A DNA stretch of 63,192 nt, the filler included, from Folioceros fuciformis (taxonomy: Eukaryota): assembly GCA_049999805.1 (NCBI GenBank). It is 13 parts of 13 records of this genome, joined end to end, with 100 filler letters (N's around TTAATTAATTAA, not from the genome) between each part and the next. Parts side by side here need not be neighbours in the genome. Positions count along the whole stretch, not along the records: positions 47,471 to 50,910 come from JBNGIO010003592.1; positions 51,011 to 54,845 come from JBNGIO010003593.1; positions 54,946 to 56,958 come from JBNGIO010003595.1; positions 57,059 to 60,912 come from JBNGIO010003597.1; positions 61,013 to 63,192 come from JBNGIO010003600.1; 8 more parts are not named here. One strand, written 5' to 3'. Of the stretch, positions 49,008 through 61,870 are shown piece by piece. Every line of letters starts with the position of its first letter. Position 1 is the stretch's first letter. The translations under genes and the position numbers were made by a program. The notes below the pieces were generated by a model. That model was not told the DNA's origin and did not search any database. It saw only the letters and a program-made list of their open reading frames with translations.

Positions 49008-50790
49008 TCACTACATACTCTTTATCAAGGGATTCTGCAGGATCGTTGTTCCCCTGACGGATGCCCTCTGGCATTCCATCAACAAGCCCATCCAGTTGGG
49101 AGCCGAGGCCGTTGCAACTTTTGAGCAGCTGAAGCAGGCCCTTGGCTCGATGCCAGTACTGGCAATGGTAGATCCTCACATGCCATACACCATCCACACA
49201 GACGCGTCAGATTATGCCATAGGGGTAGTTCTGTCCTAGCAAGGAAGGGCAATCGCCTATGAAAGTAGGAAGTTGCAAGGAGCACAGCTAAACTACCCAG
49301 TGCATGATAAAGAGATGTTGGCCATTACACATGCCTTGAAGGTATCGCAACATTACCTCTGGGGCAGAAAGTGGTGTGGCATACCAACCACCACTCTTTG
49401 CAGCATTTCTTCTCTCAGCCCAACTTGAATGCTCAGCAGTGACGGTGGGCTGAAGCTCTGGCAGACTACCACCTAGAGATCCAATATGTAGCAGGCTCAA
49501 CTAATGTGGTTGTAGGATGCCTTGAGTCGGCGTGCCTGCACCCTCATGAGAACCCAGACCCAAACAATCTAGTTAGTCTGAGATGGACTTCCCCATGACC
49601 TAGTCTTGTCGAAACTGTACAGACAGCTATTGACAGATGCACAGACAAGGGTCCCTACAGCACTTACCCAGTAGTATTCACTCTAGGATGCTTGTGTGTA
49701 TCGAAAGGGGAGACTGGTCATCCCTTCACAGCTTACGGAGTTGAAACAGGCCATCCCGCATGACATGCATGATTCACCCATTTCGGGCCACCTGGCCATA
49801 AACAAGACATATGCCAAGGTCAAGAAGCACTTCCATTGAGAAGAGATGCGCACTAACTGCATCGAATGGGTGCACTCCTGCCAGTCCTGCCAGCAAGCCA
49901 AGCCCGGCCATTAGACGATGCTGGGTTTGTTGTTACCCCTACAAATTCCAAGTGGATGATTCAGGTCAATTGCTATGGATTTCATCACTCACCTGCCACG
50001 CACCCGTTCTGGAAAAGATAGTATCTGGGTGGTCACTGAACAAGTTCTCCAAGGTTTGCCACTTTGTTCCCGTGACCTCCACCATCACAGCATCCAAGCT
50101 GGCTGGAGTCTTCGTCCGGGAAATCTTCAAGTTGCGTGGAGCCCCAGAAGACATCGTCTTTGACCGGGAACCTAAGTTCACCTCAGGGTTCTGGAGAACA
50201 TTCATGGAAACCCTAGGCGTCAAGCAAAACATGTCATCAGCGTATCATCCAAAGACAGACGGACAAACTGAGAAATAGAACTAGGTCTTGGAAGATATGC
50301 TTCGTCACTTCACCCATGAGAAACAAACAAGGTGGGAAGAACTCCTCCCTTTGCTGGAGTATGCCTACAACTCATCGAAGCACGCAGCTACAGGGGTGGC
50401 CCCGTTCAAGCTACTCTATGGAGAAACTCCGCCACCACCAGGCTTATGGCCCAGCAGTCAGGAGAGGTGGCAGAGTGCAGCTGAGGTTGCGGAGGACATC
50501 TGGCATGAGGTCAAGTTGGCGAAGGAGAAACTCCTCGCTTCCCGGGACAGATCCTGTAAAATAGCCAACAAGCATCGCCGGGCAGTCTGCTACAGCGTCG
50601 GCCAACAAGTGTGGCTTCGCGTGAAGCCTCACCGCTACCCAGCTCTGATCCAGTCACAGGATAAGCTATCCTACCGGTACGCCGAGCCCTTCACAATGTC
50701 CAGGCAGATCAACCCAGTCGCATACTAGCTCAACCTTCCCGTTGATTGGTGTCTCTGCAGGACGTTTCACGTCTCCATGCTCAAGCCGGT
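49008..50790 (+). mobile_element. Ty3/Gypsy pol remnant (RT end, RNase H, integrase) with stops and frameshifts
   Basis: FIKGFCRIVVPLT, HTDASDYAIG, AYESRKL, HDKEMLAI, HHCC finger, MDFITHLP, DREPKFTSGFW, YHPKTDGQTE, FHVSMLKP. Confidence 0.93.
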
Positions 50791-51010
50791 GATCTCCCGC
50801 CCGCCAACCGCTGCCCCTACCTGCACATCCACCAGATCCCTCTGCCGACCAGCAACCAGAATCACACCCTTCTTCCCAGCCCTGCCCATCTCTAGGCAAC
50901 TCCTCTGCTCNNNNNNNNNNNNNNNNNNNNNNNNNNNNNNNNNNNNNNNNNNNNTTAATTAATTAANNNNNNNNNNNNNNNNNNNNNNNNNNNNNNNNNN
51001 NNNNNNNNNN

Positions 51011-51723
51011 CGTCGCGAGAATGCAGATCGGGACGATTGCAAGAGGAAGCGGGAAGAGGAAGAGGAAGCGCAAACGCAGGCAGGCAGGCAGGGCTTGCAA
51101 GCCGGCTTCGTGCGTGAGCGCTAGCGCTAGCGCTGGTTGCGAGTGAGGAGAGGCGAGCGTGACGCTCGCCCACGGTTTCCTTGCGATCTCTGCTGGGACC
51201 GCGCGGCCGGTGGAGGCTGGCGATGGTGGCAGCCCGTTCGTCACGCTCCGCAGCGGAAGCGGCAGCGACAGCGCAGCGCAGCGCGGAGCAAGGGAAGCCG
51301 AGAAGGCCAGCCAGCCAGCCAGCCAGCAACGCAGCGCAGCGCCAAAGCGAAGCGAGGCTCCCGGGGGACGCTGCAATGCGAGGCGGCCAAATGGCAGGGG
51401 AAAGAAGGTGAAGGAGTGGGCGAGCGCGTCATATAAAGGGCCTCCGAGGGCTGGTTCACTCGCCGGCTCCGGAGGGTAGGAGAAGGAGCGGAGGGAGGGA
51501 GGGAAGGGGAACACCTGCCCACCGGCACACCCGAAGCTCCCCTGCCAGCCGAGGGAGACGCCAAGGCAGGGGAGAGAGAAAGAGGGCAGGGACACGAGGA
51601 AGGCACGACGAAGGCACGGACCTCCATGATTTTCCTCCGGCCTGCGGGACCCGCCGCCGCGCCCTCTCTATCCAACACTTGAGCCCGGCTGGAGGCCCGG
51701 CTCCGAACCCGAACCCGACCCCG
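51011..51723 (+). promoter_or_regulatory. GC/CpG-rich promoter-like region with TATA box
   Basis: TATAAAG at 51432 in CpG-rich DNA followed by a GA-rich leader; no recognisable downstream CDS. Confidence 0.35.
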
Positions 51724-52409
51724 NNNNNNNNNNNNNNNNNNNNNNNNNNNNNNNNNNNNNNNNNNNNNNNNNNNNNNNNNNNNNNNNNNNNNNNNNNNNN
51801 NNNNNNNNNNNNNNNNNNNNNNNCTCATCACACGGAGCTCCACTGTGAGAAACCTCCTGACCTGACTGACCTGACCTGACCTGACCTGACGCCGTCTCTT
51901 CCCCTGTCAGGGCCCCACAACTAATTCCCTCCCCGCCCCCACTAATGCCTGCCTATACACCCACCTTGTGGCCCTCCTCTCCCACTTGCTCTTTGTTTTG
52001 GCTCCTCTTTTAGCACACTCGCACCGCGTCTTACACCCAAGTTGGAAGCAGCCGACAAAGCAAGGAGGTGGAACCGATGCCTCCTTCCCACCCACAAACC
52101 ATCGCATAGTAAAACAATTGCGCTGCATAAACTCCTCCAACAAATCCTCTCCTATCCTTGTTTTACTCTACAATGTTATGCAACATTATGACATGACCAA
52201 GACTAGACAAGACCTCACATCTTCTAGAAACTACCCACCACCAAACACGCCCACATTGAATATGGGTAAGTATATGCTCCACTTTGATACTGCCCATAAT
52301 AACCTCTCTCCATTGCCACGTTGACTACTACCAAACAAATCGTGACCGAGGCATTGTAACCACCCATAGAGGGGAGAAACTATCACTCATCGCCCACAAA
52401 CACCCATAA

Positions 52410-53170
52410 ACACGAGAGACAGATCACCCACAAACACCTGTACACACAAACACTTGTACACACAAGAGACAGATCACCCACAAACACCTATACACACAAG
52501 AGACAGATCACCCATCACCCACTGAGCAAGTTGTGACTGACGTGTCACTAACCACCCACAAACATGAGAAACAGATCACCAATGGCCCACAAACGTCCAT
52601 GGACACGAGAGAGAGACTGATCACCCATCACCCACAAACACACCAATGACAGATCACCTGCCCATCCGTATGTATGTATGTAACAAACGACAACAAATCT
52701 GGTGTCGTGTCAGGTGGTGTTGTCCATCTCATCTCTGCTCAGGTTGTTATGCATGCACATGTCCGGACAACTATGCTTGTGTGCTTGCACTTTCCGGACA
52801 TAGGTGTCAATGTCCTTTAGCAACACAATTGTGCTTCAGGACACAGGCGCCCACCACAAGGCATGGTGGTTTGGAAGGTTCTCTTGCACTTAGTGTCCCG
52901 TCAATTCAAAGTACAAATCATGTACATCAACACTATACTACCGCCTGCAAAAAGAACCTGCACAAAGTTAATAACTTTATGCAACTTCCTTTTGCAGGTG
53001 GTAGCATATTGTTGTGTCGACTGTCAACAAGTTCTTTTTGCTGCAGGTGGTAGCATACCGTTGTGTCGACTGACAACAGGTTCTTTTTGCAGCGGGTAGC
53101 ATAGTGTTGTGTCCATCAACAACAAGTTCTTTTTGCAGGCGGAAGCATAGTGTTGTGTCGACTGACAACA
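52410..53170. repeat. Two degenerate tandem arrays (AGACAGATCACCCA-type; ~48-bp TTTTGCAGGTGGTAGCAT... x4 plus one inverted copy)
   Basis: Direct inspection; inverted unit CTACCGCCTGCAAAAAGAACCTG at ~52938..52961. Confidence 0.8.
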
Positions 53171-54276
53171 ACTTTGCACTAGAATCAAAGACAGAGAATG
53201 AGAATCTAGAGTTCTTCCTTACACAACATAATTCTCACACTTGAGTGTACCTATGTTAATCTCATAAACATAAACCACGACACGAAACTTGTTCAAATTA
53301 TTCACACCATGATATGGCATGTGAAAGTACATCAACTCACACACTATACATGCATACGTGGTACGCCCTACATACGATTTTTGAAAATTTGATACGCATC
53401 ATTTTTAACAAATAAAAACGGGAGAAAGACCACCAACAGAAAATAAAATATGACTTAGGCATGGAATCCAAGTTCATAAAAAGGTGAAACAAAGTTACCT
53501 CGGCTGAGCAAACTATACTATACTCTTTAAATGTGAAACCTTCACTCATACAAATGGAATGTAGTTCATATGCTTTTATTTGGATTGGAATGCAAAATCC
53601 ACATCAGTACATTCTACTTGTTACTAGAATTTATTCCAATTTTCCATTTTATACTATTATGTTAGAATGAATATCTTGGACCAATGACAAAATCCACATG
53701 AAACCAAGTTCTTCAACTTCGTATTCCTAATCAGATAGATAAAGATATAACCAGATGCCATTCTCCTCAGTTTTGAAAATATGATACACTAAATTCTAGG
53801 CTAACACATGCTCTATGTAGAATATCTATGATCCACATACCAAGATTCCATTATTTAACCCTCAATATAAATATATATTACCCATCCTATTTATGAAATG
53901 ATTTGAATTTCTAACTCCACCTAAGTGATTTCTAATATACATCATCCTTAAAGAATTTCTAAACAAAATCAAGCGTTTTTAACTAAATATCATGACTTTG
54001 TAAATATGAGTAAATAGTTCGATCAAAATGAAAAAAAAAAAAAAAACAATCCTTCAAATGTACAAGAAAATGGGGATGAGCCAATATGATTGATTGTCTT
54101 CCTTGAAGCCATATAAGTGTCCCAAACAAAGAGCCTTTCAAGACACATTGATGAAAAAAAAAAAAGATTATTTCAAATACAAATGAAAAAATTATTTCTC
54201 CCAAACTAATATTTATATATTTTAATAAATTATTAACAAATTATGCAATAATTCTTATCTCATAATGTTGAAGAGA

Positions 54277-54744
54277 TTAAGGAATACAGAACGTAGGATC
54301 GTCAATTGTGTAATAGAGATAACAATCGGCTAACAGAAGTGATGCACTTCTACACTTACTACATAAAGTAAACAAGACTTTATCTCTTGCCTGTTTAAGG
54401 CAAAGATAACATTGTTCCTCCTTTTGCATAGTAGGTCGAGGAGAATAACAAACCGAGATCCCAAATAGCTTATATTTTGTGAAAAATATGGGCGATCTTG
54501 GCAGGCTAATTACTCGAGCAAATGACCTGCTTTCTTGTGGATTAAAATATTTGCTCCCTAATTCAGTTAATTTTGTCAATGCTGTTTGCACAAATAATTG
54601 TGTTGCGATATCTACAGGGGAAATTGCAGGTCCACATTCGTATTTAATTATACTCATGTTAGGAGGAGGAGAAATCTCCTCCGCTTTAGATTGGATATTT
54701 AATATATATATAAAGTTTATGAGAAGAAACATATGAAGTTCCAT
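54277..54744 (-). CDS. Secreted divergent Gnk2/DUF26-like cysteine-rich protein, intronless
   Basis: Hydrophobic N-terminus; LFGISVC-x12-CYLCL...LCSKCRSASLLLADCYLYY follows the DUF26 cysteine pattern. Confidence 0.72.
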   Translation of the reverse strand: MELHMFLLINFIYILNIQSKAEEISPPPNMSIIKYECGPAISPVDIATQLFVQTALTKLTELGSKYFNPQESRSFARVISLPRSPIFFTKYKLFGISVCYSPRPTMQKEEQCYLCLKQARDKVLFTLCSKCRSASLLLADCYLYYTIDDPTFCIP

Positions 54745-54945
54745 TAAGCCGAGTTGAGTAGCATTCGTTTACTTGAGATTATGTGTTAATAGAAGTTTTG
54801 GAATATCAATATAATATAATATAATAATAGGTTTGAATTTCAACANNNNNNNNNNNNNNNNNNNNNNNNNNNNNNNNNNNNNNNNNNNNTTAATTAATTA
54901 ANNNNNNNNNNNNNNNNNNNNNNNNNNNNNNNNNNNNNNNNNNNN

Positions 54946-56243
54946 CTCCTACTGTATCTGCTTATGGAATAGTAGCACTATTAAAACTCTCATCTCGTTT
55001 CACATCAAATTCAGAGTTCTGTTCTTAACTTCTTTCTTTTGCTAAGCTATCTATTTATATTGAATAGTTTTAATATATGAATAATGACAAGCTCATTGAA
55101 TTTTATCTATCATAGTCAAATACGTGAATTAATGATGCATTACAAACAAAGTGAAGTTGTGGAGTTGCAACAAAGATCTGTGGAATTTTGCAAGATTCTA
55201 GATAAATATAGCTCGATAAAGTATGCATTAATAGCTTTAATTTCCCCCATTTCTTTAGTGATGGTTTTATGAACTACATGTACTTATGTTGCCTTACCAA
55301 GTTCTCTTTTTGATCAACCTACATAGAGCTATTTTGGTGGCCAAGATCCCAGCATTAGATGAAACAACATATATATCAAGGAAAGCAAATGTTGTTGATC
55401 TGGATGGAGACAATGAACAAGAACAACCTGTGGCTGAGATTACAGGACAACCTTCAAAAGGAAGCAACATGGATGTAATGGGCTGTAATACTAGTGGGCC
55501 GACTACATCACAGCAAAGTAACTTATTGGACCTATTAGAATCAAGTACTGATCAGACAAATAATGCAGCATCTTCGGCAGGTGAGATTTAACATTGCGAC
55601 TCATGTTAGTATGCTAATCATTGGTATGAAAATGTTGAAGGGTTTAGGGTTTACAATGTCCTTATAGAATGTTTCTGTTCAGGATATCCTCAACTGTTAG
55701 CTTATGAAAGTCCTACTTTGAAAGTTATATTTGATTTTGAGAAGAGTACCCAACAATCAAATGATACCAACATTCAAGCCACCTACATTAATTCCACAAG
55801 GGACTCATTTACTGATTTCACATTGCAAATCGCAGTTCCAAAGGTAACGTCATCATAAGTGTGTGTTATACATGTAAAAGGATTAAAATAAATTACATTA
55901 ACGATCTATGCGATGCATTGATAACTCAATGATCTTGTGTTCTAGTTTGTGCAACTACAACTTTTGCCTGCAAGTGGTAGTGTGCTTCCACCAAGTGGGA
56001 AGGGGAATTTAACTCAAAGCATATTAGTAACCAATACTCTTCATGGCCAAGTTAGTTAAAAATCTCTTCTAGTTGATTGTAAAACTTCAAACCTAGTTTA
56101 ACTATACTTATAAGAAAATTAACCTAAGTCATGTTCAACTGTTGTAGAAGCCTTTGATGATGAGGTTAAAAATTACTTACAAGATTAATGGGCAAGAGAT
56201 TATAGAGCAAGGACAAATAAACAACTTCCCTCCTGGACTATAA
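54946..56243 (+). CDS. AP-1 complex gamma adaptin, C-terminal exons (AT-rich, 5' truncated)
   Basis: ALLKLSSRF / VELQQRSVEF / IPALDE / LLDLL / ear domain FTDFTLQIAVPK / FVQLQLLPASGSVLP / KPLMMRLKITY...QINNFPPGL*. Confidence 0.9.
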
Positions 56244-56356
56244 TTAAAGAGGTACCAAAACATAAGACCTCTTTTTTTCTCCAAACTCACTTCTATGATT
56301 GATATTATTATGTTGAGGCTTAGATTGCTTTAACATAACAAAGAGCTTTGTTTCCT

Positions 56357-56911
56357 TTATTGTAATAGATCAACATTGTGAAGTAACATGGCACGACTCT
56401 TTGTCATTATTTCCATTTCATGTTGTAAATTTGTGCAGCTTGAGTTTTTACCACTTGGCTGTAGCCCATGTTTTTTATTAGAAACAATGGTTGACAACAT
56501 NNNNNNNNNNNNNNNNNNNNNNNNNNNNNNNNNNNNNNNNNNNNNNNNNNNNNNNNNNNNNNNNNNNNNNNNNNNNNNNNNNNNNNNNNNNNNNNNNNNN
56601 AATGTGCACCTCTGAGTCCGCTTCTGTGGTAGGCACACCATTTATTATTACAGAACCCGCATGAAGATGCTCAAAGGCATAAAAAGCCTTGTTAAGATCA
56701 CTAACAAAAACACCGACCTGAAAACATGTTAAGATAAGATGAGAATCGATAAATTGCGAACATAAAATTTATATATACATACTTGTAAATCTATTTGCAA
56801 ATAGTCTACTTGCAAATCAGATTGTTGATGATTTATTGCATGAATTATCTCGATAAAACTTGAGTATGAAGACAAAAGTAAAATTGGGCCCGATAATTCC
56901 CCAATATCGAT
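56357..56911 (-). CDS. Divergent aldehyde dehydrogenase (ALDH21-like), last three exons
   Basis: Phase-0 exons 56911..56810 (IDIGELSGPILLLSSYSSFIEIIHAIN...LQ), 56717..56610 (VGVFVSDLNKAFYAFEHLHAGSVIINGVP...DSE) and 56458..56357 (PSGKNSS...MLLHNVDLLQ*). Confidence 0.75.
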
Positions 56912-57058
56912 CTGCGAAAAAGTAATCATATGAGCATGAAGGAGGGATTTTAGGGTTTNNNNNNNNNNNNNNNNNNNNNNNNNNNNNNNNNNNNNNNNNN
57001 NNTTAATTAATTAANNNNNNNNNNNNNNNNNNNNNNNNNNNNNNNNNNNNNNNNNNNN

Positions 57059-57761
57059 GGGGATGGGGGCGGCCGCAACCCTTGCCCTAGCTAGGGTACG
57101 GCCTCCATGGCCGTTTAGGCCAGCCAGGGAGTCAGCCAGCCTCACATCGGACCCTGACCCCTTGACACTAACATACCCAGATTCCCGATCTTATGTTCAA
57201 ACCATTATTTAATTTATTTAATATTATTCTATTATTTAATTAATCATTTAATACTATATATAATTAATATTAAACCAATCCTCAAACCTAGATTCAAACT
57301 TTCCCGACCCTATGGCCCGGTACCGGACCTAAACTTTCCTAGGTCTGGGACCANNNNNNNNNNNNNNNNNNNNNNNNNNNNNNNNNNNNNNNNNNNNNNN
57401 NNNNNNNNNNNNNNNNNNNNNNNNNNNNNNNNNNNNNNNNNNNNNNNNNNNNNACCCTATGGCCCGGTACCGGACCTAAACTTTCCTAGGTCTGGGACCA
57501 AACCTATACCCACTCTTATAACCAAACCAACTATTTCTCAATTAACCTAATTAGCACCAAGAAAAAATAGGAAAAATGACTAAAAAATAAGTAGAAAAAT
57601 AATAATAAAATAATAATAAAATAATATATAATAATAATATATAATAAAAAATAAGACTAGAAAATTTAGGAAAAATAAGTAGAAAAAGAAAACCAAACCA
57701 TACCACTATTAACCCTTTTTCAACCAAAACAAACTACTACCCCAAAATTTGGAGGTTCACA
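57059..57761. mobile_element. Repeat family A, copy 2
   Basis: Colinear with 61399..61870; ends GGAGGTTCACA. Confidence 0.75.
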
Positions 57762-58361
57762 TAGAGTCATCAAGAAGCACCGTACAATTGCAAGCCTAAA
57801 GAGAGACCAAACATGGGCAAAACCTCATCTAAGTGGAGAAAGAGGTTGGTACGATTTAGAAATCTTGAATACAAGACTAAGCACAAAGCCATGCACATAG
57901 TACTCCTTACCTTAGTAAAAGCAAAGAAGGGCACAAGTTGCACTAAGGATGAACAAGTCTCCAAAAAGAGCTAGTTGAAATCCAACCTTAAAGAGTGAAG
58001 CAGAAGAGGGCAAGGTAGTCCTACCTCACGTGGGTAAGAAAGCTCTGGCCAAATGAAGAGACACCTACAATGGGAAATCACCCTCCTCTAATCTTGCAAC
58101 AAAAGACTACAAAATAAGGGAATCCTTAACAATGAATCATGAGACCAAGGTGGGGGTTGAGAGGTCCAACTCGTGAGAAATGCCACTATTGTAGAAGCTT
58201 ATGCGTACAAAATTTTTGTGCCTTCAAATACGATGGGAAGAGAAACTAAGGTGGGGGTTGAGAGGGCCCAACTTCTCATGAATGCTACTAGCACAGAAAG
58301 CCTCTATGACCAACAAATTTGCACCTCCAAACGTAATAAGACGGTTTTCGCTTGGCAAGTT

Positions 58362-59615
58362 TGTTAGAGTATTTAATCTTACATGCTTAGGGTTTACCAC
58401 TATTAGGTTATTTATAAGTCCTTAACCGATGCAACCAAAGAAGTGGAATGGGAACGGTCATTCCTACATGACCTAGGACAAACGCATACTAGCACAACTC
58501 ACCTGTTTTGTGACAACTAGTCTGCCTATCATTTTGGTAGTCAACCCTCGCTTTCATGCTCGGACCAAACACATCGAGGTCCACCATCATTACAGTAGAG
58601 ATGCTGCTAAGAGGGGATTAATCCAAGTTCTCTATGTTCCTATAAAGACCAATACAGCAGACATCCTAACGAAGGCTTTGGCTAAAGACCAACATCATAA
58701 ACATATGCAAGGCCTGGGGCTGATGGATTACCAAGACTATTTTAAACCAAAGATGTTAAGGAAGGAAGGGAAGGACTTATAGGTGAGGCCCGAGTCCTCA
58801 GATTTGTGTTTTGGTTTATCAGTATGCCAGCCGACCCTCCTTCTTCAGGCCCCTGCGCACACATGCAGGGAGGGTTAGCAGCCAATCACACAACCAACTG
58901 CTACAATCAGGTGGATGAAGTTCGACGCTTACCTAATCACCAGGTTGCTGGCGCTCTCCTTCTTCCTCCCGCTGCAACTTTTTTAGCTTCTCTAAGAGGA
59001 ACTCAACTTCTCGAAGGGGCCTTAGCAAGCTCTCCTCATCGTTGGTATCCAGAGGCATCTTCTCCTCCTTCAGAGGAGGAGATGCCCAACAAAGCTTGAT
59101 GTTCAGCAGTACTTACCGGCTGCCAATTCTAATACTGGTACCCACCATATTTTGTTCATCCCACTCTTCTTCAGTTGGTTGATGAGCAGGGCGTCCTCTC
59201 CTAGCTCTGCTGCCGCCTCTACCTCGTCTTGCTCGGCTTAACGACATCGTACACCACTGTAATTTGCACACTGGTGAATGTCGCAGTGAGGAACTTTGCA
59301 TGTGCAGTGGTTAGATTTATAGCCGTCATCTTCACATCCAGCTCACGCTTAGATCAGGTGTAACTGCCTACGCCCTGTGTGCCCGCCTTCTTCTTGTGTC
59401 TGTCCTCTACAGTCCCCTCACATCATTCCTTGTCTTGCCTCCGTTCTGTTGTGCCCCGACCTTCCTAAGCACGTTTCGCTTAAGGGAGGGTGTTAGAGTA
59501 TTTAATCTTACCCGCTTAGGGTTCACCACCATTAGGTTATTTATATTTAGGTTATTTACTTGATGGTTACTTAGTGAAGAGTCACCTAGATGTCTAGTAG
59601 ATAACCTATCCAACA
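58362..59615 (+). mobile_element. Internally deleted Ty1/Copia element (LTR fragment, RNase H, long 3' region, PPT, short 3' LTR)
   Basis: TGTTAGAGTATTTAATCTTAC at 58362 and 59491, the second preceded by TAAGGGAGGG. RNase H NPRFHARTKHIEV...NTADILTKAL. Putative LTR end CCAACA at 59615. Confidence 0.8.
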
Positions 59616-60089
59616 ATTACTATTGTTCATTGTATTATTGCATTCTTAAGAAGACACATTTCGCTGTTCTCGATCCCTCGTGCAATCTGACCATGGTTCA
59701 TTCCGATCAAAGTTTCCAGAAGCAAGCTCATAAGTGCATGGGCCAATGATGTGAGCTAGGGCTTGTAGTGCTCACTTGTTAAAACCCTCCAAACTAGACA
59801 AAAGTTATAGGGAGGGATAATGTGAAGAGGTGAACATCTTAGCATGTTTGATTTAAAAGTCTCCTCTACTTGAAAAAAGCAAGACAGAAATCTATCTACC
59901 CCAAAAGAGGTGAGAGAAACTGCCAAATGTGATTGGGCCACCGGGGCCCAACCTATAAAGCTGCCGAGTCTAAAAACTACCAATAGATATCATGGTTCAA
60001 GAGAAAAGAAGTCTACCTAGTACTAGAGTTAATGACACCACCTCCTCCCTATATATGGCACTAGGCAACGTTCATTGTAGTGAAATATT

Positions 60090-60725
60090 AATGGAAACCC
60101 TTTTATAAAAAGAAGCCATATAATATATGATAAAGGAATGAAAACCCTTTGAAGAAAAAAAGCTATATAATACATGATAGAGGATTGGAAACCCTTTGAT
60201 GAAAGAAAGCCATATAATACATGATAAAGGAAGACCAAGCCCATTTTTCTTGTTGTGAACGATGTCTGAGCATAAGTCTTCAAACCCAGTTTTCTTGTTG
60301 TCATGCACTATGTCTTGTCTTAGTGCAAGTCTTCAAAGCATATTTTTTTTGTTGTGCATTGTGTCTTAATGCAAGCCTTCAAAACCCATTTCCCATTTTT
60401 CTTGTTGTGCACTGTGTTTAAGAGCAAGTCTTCAAAACCAGAACGCCTTGCTCATGGCCCATAGGCCCTACGGCCTAATGACAAGAGAATAAAGAAACAT
60501 GGAAAATGCTTTGCACATGGATCTAAATGGCAAGGGAATAAAGCAACTCGGACAGCGCCTTGCACATGGCTTTGTGAGTAACAATGGCAAGAGATGAAAA
60601 TATGCAACTTGGAAAGTTCCTTGCACATGGCTTTGTGGGTAACAATGGCAAGAGATGGAAATGTACAACTTGGAAAGCGCCTTGCACATGGCTTTGTGGG
60701 TAACAATGGCAAGAGATGAAAATGT
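60090..60725. repeat. Three adjacent degenerate tandem arrays (~47 bp x3, ~45-50 bp x4, ~61 bp x3)
   Basis: Units AAACCCTTT...GCCATATAATACATGATA, TTTTCTTGTTGTG...GCAAGTCTTCAAA and CCTTGCACATGGCTTTGTGGGTAACAATGGCAAGAGATG. Confidence 0.8.
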
Positions 60726-61398
60726 GTATGGTCTGCATAGGGTGTACTTGCTTCAACAATCATCAGGATAATTTTAATAACATATATTTTAATAATATAC
60801 ATGATGCGGAAGCATGTTATTTATCATTGGCTTGATTTCAATACACATGCGCAGAAGCACACCATGAGTAATGGCATAAGTGAAACAAGGTGAAAGTTAA
60901 AAGTAGAAAGGTNNNNNNNNNNNNNNNNNNNNNNNNNNNNNNNNNNNNNNNNNNNNTTAATTAATTAANNNNNNNNNNNNNNNNNNNNNNNNNNNNNNNN
61001 NNNNNNNNNNNNGGGGGGAAAGAAAGGAAAGAAATCGCCCCACCATGGGCAATGGCAGAGCTCTCCTCCAGCGCTGCAGCCGGTCCCGTGCTCCTTGGTC
61101 AGCAGCTAGTAGGCTGGACCCCAACAGCTCATGAGAAGCCTGGTTGGATCTGCATCAATCCGCCGTGATCTCCTACACCTGGTGTCGATAGCCTAGCCAG
61201 CATCCCTACCTGCAACTTGGATCCAATGGAAGAAACAAGGAGGGAAGATTGAGAAGGAAGGGAGGCAGAAGAGGAAGGGGGCAAGAAGGGAATGGAGGNN
61301 NNNNNNNNNNNNNNNNNNNNNNNNNNNNNNNNNNNNNNNNNNNNNNNNNNNNNNNNNNNNNNNNNNNNNNNNNNNNNNNNNNNNNNNNNNNNNNNNNN

Positions 61399-61870
61399 AA
61401 AAGGGATGGGGGCGGCCGCAACCCCTGCCTCTAGCTCTAGCTAGGGCATGGCCTCCATGGCCGTTCATGCCAGCCAAGCAATCAGCCAGCCTATCGTCAG
61501 ACCCTGACCTCTGACACTGACATACCCAGATACCCGTTCCTATGTTCAAACCATTATTATATTATTATATTATTATTTAATCATTGAATAATTATATATC
61601 TTTAATTAATATTAAACTAATCACCCAACCCTATGGCCTGGTACCGAACCTAAACCTTCCCAGGTCTGGGACCAAACCTATACCCACTCTTATAACCAAA
61701 CCAGCTATTTCCTGGTCAATTAACCTAATTAGCACAAAGAAAAATAGGAAAAATGACCAGAAAATCAAGGAAAATTAGGGAAAATAAGTTGAAAAAGAAA
61801 ACCAAACCATACCACTATTAACCCTTTTTCAACCAAAACAAACTACTACCCCAAACTTTGGAGGTTCACA
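61399..61870. mobile_element. Repeat family A, copy 3
   Basis: Same sequence and terminus as copies 1 and 2. Confidence 0.78.

Noticed and set aside
56948..56958. Telomere (TTTAGGG) at a fragment end; also near 55641 and 62504-62550
   Set aside because: Only 1-2 units; the 56948 copy lies in an intron of the ALDH-like gene.
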